Assembly: GCA_028534125.1 (NCBI GenBank)
Contig: CM052817.1
Location: 66,094,001-66,158,000 of the forward strand
Source: Lama glama
Taxonomy: Eukaryota
Length of the DNA stretch: 64,000 bases
Reading direction: 5' to 3'
Of the stretch, positions 35,806 through 49,330 are shown piece after piece. Under the pieces are notes generated by a model, which did no database searches, was not told the origin of the DNA, and saw only the letters and a list, made by a program, of their open reading frames with translations. The position numbers were made by a program, and so were the translations under genes. Position 1 is the stretch's first letter. Every line of letters starts with the position of its first letter.

Positions 35806-38800
35806 GGGAACAATATTAGAATAATTTAACTATTATCTAGGTCCCAGAATACAAAATATCCATTATACACAAGATAGGGTTATGGTACCAACAGGCAATT
35901 ACTTCAGGGAAAGAACTGCTTATCTGGAAGAATATTCATTCATTTGTTACTGGCTTAAATCCTTTTATGAATAATCAAATGAGTTTTATCAATACAGGCA
36001 TCTATTTCTCTAATTTGTACACAAAGCACACACAGCTGGAAAACCTCAAACATGAGCATATACATGGTCTAAGGCTATTAAGGAATTCTAAATAATGTTT
36101 TCTAAACATTTCTGGAACTTTCCTTTTTGAAAACTGGACACCCTCATTCAAAATCTCATTGTAGATCTCATGATTTAAGACCACGTCTAGACAGAATAAA
36201 AGAGAAAGGAGATTTGGCAATTCCTTTAATATGATTAGTTTGCTTTAAACTTTTTTCTTAGGGGTCTAAATTATAGGTTTCTGCTGTCAACACTAATAAA
36301 TTTAACCAGATAATTAGCATATTTACAAATAACTTTTGCCATGTAGACATTACCAACTGTAATGATTTAAAGATGTTTCCACCTCTTTCCATGAAACCTC
36401 TTAACTGGTCCTGAATCCCAGAGGAAAGCATAAGAAAATGACTCAAATTCTGCAAGTCCAACACCACAGAGTGGGATCTTCACCTTGAGGAATCAGACTC
36501 AACAGCTTATGAATTTGAGACAAACTTCTTTGCAATTACATGGCCTCAAGAATGGTTCCTGCTCACTGAGTTTTCCTTTGTAACAGATCTGAAAACAGAC
36601 AAAGCTGGTTGTTTTTTGTTTTCTGTTTTTAATTTCTTAAGGACTATTATGTCTTTCAAGACTAACGTGTCGAGAGAAGACACAATGACTGTTTCATCTT
36701 AAAAAAATAAAATTACATATTTTAAAGATGTTTTCATGAGAGAAATTTCCAAACTTTAAGAATTACTAATCTTGTTAAAGTAATATTTGCAAATAAAATT
36801 TAATTAATTTCAATTAAAGTAACTTTTAAGTACTTTTCAATTCTATTTGTGTCTCATTCACAGTGGAAGACAGGGGTTAACAATTACCTATCAGCTAGTA
36901 TTAATTGTAGCTTCTATAATTAAATATATGCATTTAATATATGTATACACACACACACATACACACATGCAAACTTTTAAGTTTATTTTTCATCTAGAGT
37001 CTAACATAGTCCACATGTCCCCCAGGTCCTGCTATTCTTTATTCATTTCACTAGCCCTTAACAGCTATATAAGAAACTTAAGGAAGAACAAAAAGAAAAT
37101 GAATGAACTATTTTCACTGTATTCCAGATTTTGATAAACCAGTTCATCTTTTTTATTCTTCTTTAAGTTAACCTCCTCAAAAATAATCAGGAAGTAATTA
37201 GGAGAATGTATGCAGTCTCTCAAAATGGAACCCCCCATTACCCTATTATTCCTATAGATTCTGGTGACTATGTAATTTTATTTAATTTTTTTAGTCACAG
37301 ACATTTTCCTAAGGGTTTCAACTAGATCACTCTGGTTTTGTTTCCCAATAACTTTTTTTTAAATAAAAGACAGCTTTTCTGATGTTTATTATTGCAGACA
37401 TATGCAAAATTTACATTTATGTACCACTGAATAAGTAAGTAGTCATTTATCTAAGTTAGGAGACTCAAAACTATAGCTAAATTAGTCAATGACTCACAGT
37501 GACATATGGCTAAGTTACTGAATGTGTCCTTCTTAAGGGTCCTTTCTATAACACAAGTCTGCTGTAGAAATGTTTATAAGTTAAATAAGAGCATGTGAAA
37601 TAGCAATATATTTAAACACTGAGAGATTCTTTAGAAAAGTTTTAATATTTGCACAGTTGGACACAATATCATTCCAGAAGCTTATAAAATGTCCCTATCA
37701 AAATATCACTCATTTGGAAGTAGTAGCAAGTGAAATAACATAAAATGACAAAACAGGAAATATTTACACATTGCTGTTTCCCTCACTGTCTCTTATGGTC
37801 TGTTCTTTTTAATAAAGTTTGATTGTGTTCTGTCAGTGACATTGGCAAGTGACAAGATCCCTGAGCCTCCCTAATCTTCTCTAATCTATTTCTTTTACAG
37901 TTGCAATAGGGTTTATTCTAGCTAATAAACACAATCTATTTTAGCACAGTGCCTAGCACACAGTAAGTTCAAGAGTAACTATATGCTTCCATTTCAAAAT
38001 GAAGAACCTAAGGCATGGAGAAAACTTACCCTCACACTCATTGACCATGTCCTAAGTGATTACTTTATGGACACCATGAATTGGCTTCCTAGCACATGTC
38101 ACTGCTGTATCAGGATAACACAGCTGATCGACATAAGGTGTTGGAAGCTGGCCCAAGGTCTTTTAAGAACCCTATAACTTGACCATGTAGAGGGCAGATT
38201 GCCCAACTGCCTAGGTTGCCAGGAAGGGGAACACACTGGGTGACCAGTCCTGGGAAAGGGTCAGCCATGCCAGCTCCCCCTACACATAGCCAGCTGTTAT
38301 CAGAAATCTCTAAACATAACTTACCATGACAGAAGCTTCCACTGTTGTTCTGTGCAGGAATAGTGGTCTGGGCAATAAGGAGCCCCTGCCCTAAATCTCA
38401 GATATTGAAAGTCTGCTGCACACTCTTTTATTCATTTTTAAGTAAAACCATGAAGGTAAATTTTTCAGATTGGTTTTTCATGCCTTATCATAATGTTTTG
38501 AGTATAGCTCCTTTGTTTGACTAGCTCAGCTGTTTTTACTTTTATCTCCACCACTTCAGGAGCCAGAGTACACTGCTGATACAAAGTAGTAAGACCAGGA
38601 ACCGGAGGGCCAGCTCTTAAAGGAACAGGCTCTCCTCAGGCTGAACTGCACAATTCCCTGCCCAGCTTTCTCAGCAGTGAGAGACCAATCCCAATGAATG
38701 ACCCCCGGGGTTCTCCCCAGTTTCAGAGATCTAGGGGTCCAGTGTTACTTGTATAGGTCTTACAATGGGCACAAGCCGATAGGTCTCACAGCTCCTTCTG

Positions 38801-39761
38801 CACCAGCATTACACAACAATGCTCCCCCTGACAGATTCAAGTGCCCCCAAGGTGCACCCCAAAGTCACTCAGCACCACAGTCTCATCATACTCCCTTTTA
38901 AACTGGACTGAGGCAAAAAACTAATAACTGGCTGTCAATACCTATACCTAGTAGGAATCTTTTTTTAATAAATTTTACGTATCAGAATTTTATAGTTTTT
39001 GTCCTCTACAACTCTGAAATGCTGAGGAACAGACACTTTGTAACAAACATGTAGTAAGCATCAATAAGCGATACTGAGAAAATGATTTATAATGTCTACT
39101 ACAAAATATCTAACTTATTTTCATTAGGTCAGAAGCATCAGTAGGTAAAGACACACTGATACTACTGCCTCCCTTTCTCATCAAGGACTGGTACTCTGCA
39201 CATTCCTACAGCTACTTTAAAAGGCATTCTCTCAACACACTTTTACTAAATATCTACATGTGTCCAGTTCCGTGCTTGGTACTAGGTTTGTAAAGCTGAT
39301 TACGATGAATGGTCTTTGCCCTGTAGGGAGCACAGTCTACTAAGGAAGAGTGGGAAAAGTGAAGTAAAAAGGCAAGTAACAGACTAATATGCTGACTGCT
39401 ATTTCAGAGAGACAAATAATTTGGGTCACAAGAACAAATAAGCTAAAATATCATCAACTTTATTTAACAGAGACAAAGTAGCAAGATTAGAGCACATACA
39501 TATTAAACATTCCAAGCTGTCAAGTCAAACTACCCATATAAACACTTTGTATCCACAAAATGTGAATCATCGTAATATTATAAAACATGTTTAGTCAGAA
39601 AACCAGTTTGGATCAAAGACTGGCAACGTCACACATCTTGGCTTTGGTTTTCCTGACACATAAAGGACAAAGATCACATCAAAACATAAACTGTGATGAC
39701 AATCTACTAAGGAAAAGGCATTAGTGTTACCATAGTGACAAAACAACTTTTGTCATTCCTT

Positions 39762-39796
39762 TTTTTTTTTTTCTTGAAGTATAGTCAATTTACAAT
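39762..39796 (-). mobile_element. Extremely 5'-truncated young L1 insertion
   Basis: Poly-T plus ttgaagtatagtcaatttacaat, flanked by TSD ttttgtcattcctt (39748-39761) / ttttgtcattactt (39797-39810). Confidence 0.7.
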
Positions 39797-40879
39797 TTTT
39801 GTCATTACTTTTAAGCTAGTATTTTAAATCACTTTATGGCACATACAGCATTTCATGCAGAGGTCCTAGTTGTTACTCCAGACTGTACTATACCTGCTTC
39901 CCCCAAAACAATGTATTTATGAATAATGCTGAGTTCTCTCCATACTAGGAATATCATTGTTCCTATCACTATTAATGGATAGTTTGGTAATAATGGGAGA
40001 AAAAAGGGGAGGGGGGCAGTATTCAACTGAAAGTACTCAATCTTAGGAAATAATTTCAAAAGTCCTTAACTAAAGTCACCATCATTCATCGCAAATAGGA
40101 TCATCTCAAATGCCAACACAGTAATCATATTTATACATGCCTTTATCTACAAATTTACATATATACATACATTTATATAGAAAATGTCTTATTTATATAA
40201 CTATATGTACACAAAAACTCTGATAACAGATAAAGCATTCATGCCTTCAAATGTCCAAAACTTATTGAAACTACAAAGCTCAATTCATTTAATATCAAAA
40301 ACAACATGATACTCCACTGCTCATTCCATAATAGGCCCTCCCTACTCAAGTTATTTCCAATGAAATCAGTGTATGAATCACCCAATTCTCCTGTCATTCT
40401 TCACCCAAGTAATGCAACAACATGCTCACTTGTAAGAAAAATTACCCTACTCAGGTTTTTAAAGGATGGTTTACATATGTTAAAAATTACCAAAAAAATT
40501 GTATTTTTTTTACATACTTAATGATATGGTGCTTACTCCAAATAACAAGTTTCTTTCTAAAAAAAGCTTACAGATTTTTTTTTAAAAAAATCACATATGA
40601 GCTCAAAGAAAACCACTGGATAATTAAAACATGCAAGCAAATATTACTTATATATGTTTTCTGCAATAATTGGCCCATTTAATATAGTTTGTAGAGTATC
40701 CTAAAGAAATTTCTTTTTGAAAAACAAAAAATGAAAACAAAGCTAACTAGCTTCTACAAGGGTATACCTTTCCTTTGAGATAGTAATCTCACTGGTAGAG
40801 ATTACCTAGACTTCTGAATAATATTTATTCCATGTATGATAATAAGGAAATACTAAGTAAAATGTATAAATGCTATAGG

Positions 40880-41080
40880 AAAAGCTCTAGATTGAGAGTA
40901 AGGAGATGAATTTACTAAGTCATTCATGGCAGAAATACTTCCCAGCATGTTGCTGGAATAATGTCCCAGCTCTGTCATTAACCAGCTATGGAACCAGGGA
41001 CAAGGAATTCACCTCATCTTTGATCAGCTTTAAAATGTAGTTGCAGCCTCATCGTCAAGGTCCCTTCTGGCTTTAACACT
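40880..41080 (+). mobile_element. MIR3-like
   Basis: gtcccagctctgtcattaaccagct...aaggtcccttctggctttaac. Confidence 0.55.
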
Positions 41081-41309
41081 CTGGGAAGATCAGGTGCAAT
41101 GATACAGTATTATAAGCATTTTAGTATTACATAATCCCAGAAGTAAGGACAAACTTTCCTAAGTTCGCATACTAGCACAAAACAATGAAGACCTCTTGAC
41201 CTATACTGACACTCGGTTACAGCATCCACTAATAAAAAGTTAATTAACACAACAAGCCATGTCTAAGTCTGTCCTTACCATACACTTTATACAGAGCTCC
41301 AAATAATCT

Positions 41310-41460
41310 AAAAGCACTCATTAGTTACTTCTTAATATTATTATTCCCATTTGACAAAAGGAGAAATTGAGTCTCAGAGCCAAGAGAGTAATTTGGCCTG
41401 ATCTCAGCAAGACAGCCCAGCATGACAAATCAAAAGCTCCTGGCTCTCGGCCACTGTCTT
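41310..41460 (-). mobile_element. MIR
   Basis: attattattcccatttgacaaaaggagaaattgagtctcagag. Confidence 0.6.
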
Positions 41461-41949
41461 TTAGGAGTGCTGCCGTAAGTGCCTCCTGAATCACTCTAAA
41501 CAGAACTGTAAACTAAAGTGCAAAGTTTGGGGCCAAATTTATGTCTCGCTTAAAAATTGGGAGTGGCCATTAAGTTTAGTCTGAGTGTTGCTCAAAGCTC
41601 TATCAGACTTCAAAATTCATCTGTTCGTTAAGAAACCCCAGAAGGATATTTCATAATCAAGAAGGGTTTCAATCTCCCCTGTGAATAGGTCAAAATGAGA
41701 AGGGCGCATAATGGCAAAATCTATAGTCCTGTGTAACTATGTCTAAATTCAGTAATAATTTGTTCATGAAATGTGTAATTTTGACTTGTTTCAAATTAAC
41801 ATGTTTGTATAAATGGCCAAAATTTCTATTTAAAAATTGTATTGGTACTTTTAAAATCACAAATGTAATGGATAACCACATTTCTTCCACCTTCACCTCT
41901 TCAACAATCTCACATTAACTCAACCCAAGGGAAACTTCCATATTTTGAC

Positions 41950-42830
41950 TAAGTGTACATAGAAATATACAAAGGTATGCATTTTATGAGATAATTGTTT
42001 TTATTAACAAAAAATGATATGAAATACAAGCTCATATATTTACATGCACATTAGTATCTGCAATTTATTTTGTTCACTTAAAAATATCCTGTACGTTTTC
42101 CCAAGGATATAGATATTCACAAATTATTTTTCATATAGCTTCATGATATACCATAGTTTGAAACCTACCATGTTTGGCTCAAAAGGTTTTCACTGATTTT
42201 TTGACTGATAAAAATACATTTTAACAATTAACTTAAAAATATTAACAACAAACAGATTCTTAACAATAGAAACTTCGTGCTCAATCCTTACATATTGGTA
42301 TTTTCTGTATGTTGGATTCCTACAAGAAGGACAAGATCACTGAGATAAAGTGAAGCCCTTTATAAAATTAAATCAATTTCCTGTCTACCACATTTTCTGC
42401 AAATATTTTTCTGCCTTTCTGTATGGTATCTTTTGCAAATGAGAATTTTTACTTTTTATGTAACCAAATCTGTCAATCTTTGCTTTACGGATCAAAGTTT
42501 CATAGCAAGCTTTTAAAGTTATTTCGAAAAATATCATCAGGATATTTTACTAATGTTTTCTCCTAATATTTTTATTTAGATTGTTTAAGTTTAATTTATG
42601 TTGTTAATATATTTGGAATTTATTTTATATATGATATTAAATAAGTCTAAAAGTGATACCATATGATTTTTTGAATAATCCTTTTCTATTTAATATTAGA
42701 ATGTCATTTTATCATTTAAGTAAATTTCACTATATACTAGAACCTGTTTCTTAATTTTGCCTAATAATGCTCATTTTTGTGCCAATACTGCCTTGTAGTT
42801 TATAAGTTTTAATTCTTGGTATAAGGACAA
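41950..42830 (-). mobile_element. Degenerate L1M(E) ORF2/3'UTR fragment
   Basis: Very AT-rich, with motifs such as ttttatgtaaccaaatctgtcaatctttgc and tttttgtgccaatac that are typical of old antisense L1. Confidence 0.55.
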
Positions 42831-45800
42831 CATTCTGCTGTAGTTTCATTTCTACACTTGAAAAAGTTTTAATTTATGGTTTTTAAAATTAATGCAATAA
42901 AAATCCAAACACAGAATGTTGTGCAGTGTTCAAGTTTGCTCATGTAGATAAGGAAGCCATTGATCAATTGTCTAAATTCCTCATAAGATTTTGTTAACAG
43001 TATTATATTCAAAAATGAATAAAAATATATTTTTACATATCTAGTAGGTTTTAACATAAAACCTTACAGCTTCTACACGTTCTAAATCTGATGAGCACTT
43101 ATTTAATTTACCAATACTAGTAATTAAAAAATATGAAAGGAGAAATTCTCTGACTTTACATTTTTTTAAAATAGGGAAACAAATTCAAAAATCTCTAATA
43201 AATGTTCCTTATTTTGATATGCTACAATTTATATGAGACTGTCTAAACAGGCCCATCAGTATGGCCCAATTTGAGCAAAAACATTGAGGCCTTTGAAAAT
43301 TGACTGAAATGTCAACCCACTTTAGAAGAAAGCTATTAGTAAAACAAGGGCGAAGTTACAAGCACTTGTGAAAAAGCACAATAAACAAACAATGAGACTC
43401 GTTCAAAGATACTGGGGAGACATTCAGGCTTCGCAGACTCAGAACAAGAGACTGCAGAACCAGTTCCCACATGGGCAAGAGTATGTTTATTTTATTTTGC
43501 TTATCTGAAATCAGAGCAAACGACCCCAGTGGTTTGGAATGGCTTGAAAATGTTTCTCGGCATCTAGGCGAGAAAGGCTGCCTGGTTTTCAAGAAGCTTA
43601 AATGCTTTGTTAGTAACTTTTTTGCTCCTGTGAACTGTAAAGCTCACGTCTGAAAATGGAACTAGCTGAAAGCACAAGAAGTATTATTCTTCCTTTCTGT
43701 CATCCTCTACTACTTTTTCGTCACGTTTTTAGAAGGTGATCAAAAGAAATAAGAATACGTTCTACGTAACTTGGGAAGTGCTACAGTCTGCACCCATGAA
43801 TTTCAGTTTACGGAAATGCATTTTCAGAATTAGTGTGTCTCACATGCCAGAAAAAGATGGGAAACGAAATTAAATGGTTGCTTTTAATCATAACTGAAGT
43901 CTTCTAGAAAACCAACAAACATTTAAAATGTGAATCATAATGACCTGTTTTCACGATTTAACTGGGGTTAGGCTAACTGAAGAGAAAGCCTAGAGTATAC
44001 TTTCAGAGTACAGGCACGGAGGGAAAATGGTAACAACCATCCTTTGCTTCATATAAAAAGGATAAGGTAACTATATTTTCTGAATAGGATAAAATAAGAT
44101 TAGTAATATCAAGACTTTCTAATCAAGTGCAATGTCAGAATGAAACCATTCATCGCAATCTTCTTACTTCAAAATCAGAAAACAGTTTATCAAAGATTTT
44201 ATTGGGGGGAGGTGGAGTTTAGAAAAAAGTCAATGATGATAAAGTTTTTCATTTCTACACATATCTTCTTCTAGCATCCAACAGTATAAAAATTTTTAAG
44301 AACATATACTGAATGGTCAGTAAAATGTATCAGCCTTACCACCAAATAGTTTTCTAAGTGTTCTTCATGGTTAACAAAAATCATAATAAATTCAGTGAAT
44401 CTTAAATGATGGAAATACATCCACCTCTAGTACCTGAGAACTTCACTACCAATTAAACCATTTAATTTCCAAGCCTCATATAATGCTTCCAGAGCATAGG
44501 ATTTACTGGAAAGGTACAACTAAGTAACAGATTTTTCTTCCCCCAAGAAGACATCCTCAGGAGGAAAAAGTTTTAACTGTGCCTCCCAAAAAGGGGAATA
44601 CACTTTACCATCATAAGGTAATGAGGCAGTCCACCACAAACACAAGAGGTGAAGCTACAAATTCTTTAATTCAGGAAAATTAGCTCTTTGTCATGTCCTT
44701 GGAAGATCTTTGGTTAGCTTATTCTGGAAGAGGTTTCTAAATTGGTTGGCTGTCATTAATCTAATTGCATATTGGGGCAGCTAATTAGAGAGGGCACCTT
44801 CTGTTTAAAAAAACACTGCCTCAGGTGAGGCTTGAATTAGTAGCCAGATCCCTGTCCCCACACCCCTCCCCACCCCTCCGCCCCTCCCCACTCCAGAATC
44901 AGCCTTCTGTCTGGAACACCCACCACTCACTCCTGGGCTGCAATGCAGCCTGCCTCCTTCACCTGGCCACGGAGGTTCCCTCTCCGGAAAGCCACAAATT
45001 ACAGTGCTAGATTTCAGCCAACAGAAGAAGGCATTTGGAGGTAAAGCCAAAATGAGGGTGAAAGAAAAATTTCCACTAAGAAACCAACAGTAATAACTGG
45101 TCTACGAGCTACATGGAAAGTGAATGAATATGGGCTACACACCCACCACCTTCCTCACTTCTCAGAAAAACAAATGAAGAGAACACAGAAAGGCTCATCA
45201 TCTGACCTGAAAGGAAAAATAGTCAGTAAAAACAAATCAAAAAGTAAGTCAGCTTCTCTTTGCTCTTCTGTAATTCTGAGGTTGCTATACCAAGCATCAC
45301 AGAATTACTGACTTAGGGACCAACTCTAACTCCCTTATTCCACACAGATGGCTTGGCTTGTTCTGTGAAACTGGACTCTCATTTCTTTTCTCTTTGTTTT
45401 CTTTTGTTTTGTTTACTGTCACCTCCTTTAAGATGAGAGAATTACATCACGGATAAGAAAGACAAAAACAGTGCATGCAAGGTCCCCAGGCTAGACCAGG
45501 AACACGAGTCAAGGACCGAGCTCTTTCCCTTCCAGGGAGAACTCTGATCCACAAGCATCTGTTGAATGTCTCAGTGGACACAGCACCTCTTCTCCCCTCC
45601 TCTGAGGTATCCACGCTGGGTATGGCACTATAGGTATTATCGTTCAACCGAAACACAAATAGCTTTTCCCAGCAAAACACACTAAACTTAGATCATGGTG
45701 TACACTCAAAGAATTGAAAATGGAATTAAAAGAAATCACTGCCCTTTCATTTGAAATCAAAGAAAACCAGATTTTGTTGGCATACTGTATTTATACAAAG

Positions 45801-47532
45801 GACCCCACATTATACAGAAAACAAGAAAGTCTAAGGGAAAAACTCCGCCTCTTAAACTTTTGCCCCAGTCAGTGCTGTGATTACAGCTTCACTTCTCCTG
45901 GTCCCAGGGAACTTGAACACAGAGTGCGTTGAAATGAGGATGAATAATGGCCATATTTCCAGTGTTTTGGAGCTTTTACCTCTGCAAAACAATTCTGAGA
46001 ATGTAGTTTGGCAGCACAAACCTAGGAAACCAGATAGGCCATCATGGTTGTTAGCTGATTTATCAGCTGAGAATAAACCTTCCTTAGTCAAACCCTACTA
46101 TCCACAGATGGAGAAACTTACTCCCTAGAAAAGTTTTCTCCTAACAAACGACTTGTCTCAATTATGTGACAAAGGGTTACTATCTTGATTACACAATGTA
46201 GTTACAACTGGTCCACTGTCAAAAAGGTTAAAATGTGGTCAAATACGTGACTTTTTTTGTTGGAATTTTCTCTTACATTCTTAAACCTGCCAGATGTGCC
46301 TTGCGGCTAACACTTGGGCAGTAGGTGCCTGGTATGTGAAGCCTTCCTTCAGAGAAAATACTAGGCTCAATGTTTTTTTCACAGACCAAAGTAACCAATG
46401 AGGTTATAACTGAAGTATTCACTGCTTTCTTAAAGGATACACTTCTCTTCTTTCAAAATCTTAAGAATACTCCAATTCCATGGTAAGTTAGTTTCCAGTA
46501 CAGGACAAAATCTATCTCTTCATAATATGAATCCTTACTATGAATCTATTGAATCTGTTATCCAAAAATAATGATAAAGCACAATGGTAACTGAGTAATC
46601 AAGGGAGAATTTCCTAATTACATCTTACATATTTTTTAGCCTTTTCATCTACTGGATGTGTCCCAAACAACTTAACAATACATCTTGTAATGACTCATGT
46701 CTACTTGTTACAAGGACTCCTATTTGTGCTCTTAAGATTCGTACATCTAAAATCTGGCCTGGCATGTGAAGCTAAAAGTAATTTATCAAGAGTATGTATT
46801 TTTCACATTCAAAATTCTTCATGCTATGCAAATGGAATTCTTAAAAATCATTTTCTTCCAAAATAACTACACCAGAGCCAAAGTAATCCTAGATTTTAAA
46901 AGTGGAAGGGAGAAACTGCTACAGAAGTCTAATAGTTTGTGTTACTATTCCTGCACAATATACACAGTATACTTAGTAATAGTTTTGTTATTATGATATC
47001 TGGCATATAAATGTTTCAGAATTATTTTTAATAAAAAATGCAAGTCAAAAATTTATTTTATATTCACAAAAACCTTCATTATTCAATTAAAGCATACTTT
47101 CTGAAATGTGAAATTGTATATGCATATACACATAAGATAAGACGTTTTGTACTGGTGAGAGGAAGTCATCTCCCAAAAAAAGGAATCCAGAGTTTTATAT
47201 AAAAAGCCCCAGCCCCACTTTCCTCTGCCATTCCCTGTCTGCACTTTGAGAGCAAGGCTTTTTTCATCTATCATTTATAAAAGCTAAGGGAACAGAAAGA
47301 GGAAAAAAAGATACACATTAGGTGTTATCTTGGTACTGCCTGTGTCTTCCCATTTGCAAGGGGCTTTATTCCTGGGGATATTATAAAATGACAAAGCTTT
47401 CTACTTGACAATCATCCATAAATAATAGAATAAAAGGGGCATAATCCTTCTGAAGTGGGGACAACCAGGCTCCAAAGTAGCTATGCTGTGATGTAGGTTT
47501 CATAAAAACATTTGAAACCCAAAAGGCAAAAT

Positions 47533-47596
47533 ATGTGTGTGCACGGGGTGGGGTTGTATGTGTGTGTGTTTGTGTGTGTGTGTAAGCGCACACATA
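47533..47596. repeat. Degenerate (TG)n
   Basis: Directly visible. Confidence 0.8.
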
Positions 47597-49129
47597 TTGG
47601 GTGGGAGACAGACACACTTAAGAATCCTATGAACTTCATCTTGTTCCAGGGCTCAAGGAAAACTATATGGCAAACAGAAACACTAATTACAAGAAAGAAA
47701 TAGGGCCCTGTCTAAGAATAAAACAAAGCAGCTAAAAGAAAAAAATATATTATCTGCCATGTAGGGTCCAGGGAAAATCCAATTGTGTATCTTTTAAAAA
47801 GAAATCTAGGCATACCTGCATAAGAACAGACTTGATTCTGTTGATTGATTCTCTTTGCAGTCTACACAGTCAGAATCAACCAAAAGAGATTCTATTCGCG
47901 AATGTTTCTATATAATATACTTATATTGATCTAAAAAGAAAAAAATACTTTTAAAAATGCTACATATTACTCTATTTTAAAAAAGGAAGCATGTGTTTAT
48001 CAACTTTTTCTAATGATTCAACAAACTCAAACACTTTAATTCTATATCCCATGTCCTATATGAAAAGACTACTATACAGATAAAAATTTGCTTAGCTAAG
48101 TACAAATACACAAACTTAACCAATTATGAAGTTACCTAATACCTAATGAAGTATGACAATTGTACTTTCTTCTACTGAAGTATTACTGAAATTGTATTTG
48201 CATTCAAGTGTAAAGCAAAGCTTTCCATGATTGACTTCCTGTTTTTCCACATACTAGTTTGTTTTTCATTGCCAAAGTTTTTTAAAAAAATTTCTTATGA
48301 TTAATACACTGCTACAAGAATAAAAATAAGGCTTAATTTAAAAAATGAATTCTCAGTAGCCATTAATAATGATTATTAAGATCTATTTTAACACTGATCA
48401 AAACTAACAAAAAAACACAATGATCAGGTTGGCTTACAGGAATAATGTAATCACATAAGACCTCAAACTTTTTCTAAAAAGGTGATACTTATCCTATAAG
48501 AATAATAATACAGGTAAACTATAGAAACTCCATTTTTAAAAAAAGAAGGAATAAATGTTTGATTTCATAAATTAATATTATTTATTTTCATAAAAAATAC
48601 TTCAGAATAATACATGAAAGCCATGACCAAATTCAGTAGAGTAAAAGCATGCATACACATTTTTTGAGCCAAGGATCTTGTTCAAATTAAATAGAAATTA
48701 TAGATTTACTTGGCAAGATACAATTTATTAATGTATTTGAAATGGAATAGCAGATTACTTCAAATGCCTCATCCTAAAGATAAGAGTAGAAAATTTAGTT
48801 AACACTAAGTGGAATAGTGAAAAATACTGAAATCTTTTTATTTAAGTAAAGAATAAAATCACATAAAAATTATGCTTTATGAAAAGAGACTAATTAGGAA
48901 ATCAAGAATTAGTCAAGTCTCACTTATGTTAAATAAGTTACAGCAATGAAATAGATAATCCACCATTTCAGGATTTCTTATTTGCCAGTGAACCCAAGTA
49001 CAGCTAAAATTCTAAGATGAGTGTATATTTTTTAAAAAATTATGAAAACACAATGCCATATGTTCAATTTTGCTCGCCTATTATATTCTTACCAGTTTTC
49101 TCTTCTCTGTCCTAGGAAAGGGAGAATCA

Positions 49130-49330
49130 AAATTTTCTAAGTGCCTAGTGTGTGACAAGGCACTGTTACTTTGTATATTATTTCATTTAATCTTCACAAC
49201 CAGCCCTGTCAGCTTGCTGGTATTATTCCTACTTATCTGATAAGAAATTTCAAAATCATAGAAATTAAATATGTTACTTGAAGCCATGCAGCTATTTGGT
49301 AGGTGTTCTGATCCCCAACCTATGCTACAT
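49130..49330 (-). mobile_element. MIR (a further fragment at about 49610-49700)
   Basis: tttcatttaatcttcacaaccagccct...tattattcct. Confidence 0.65.
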
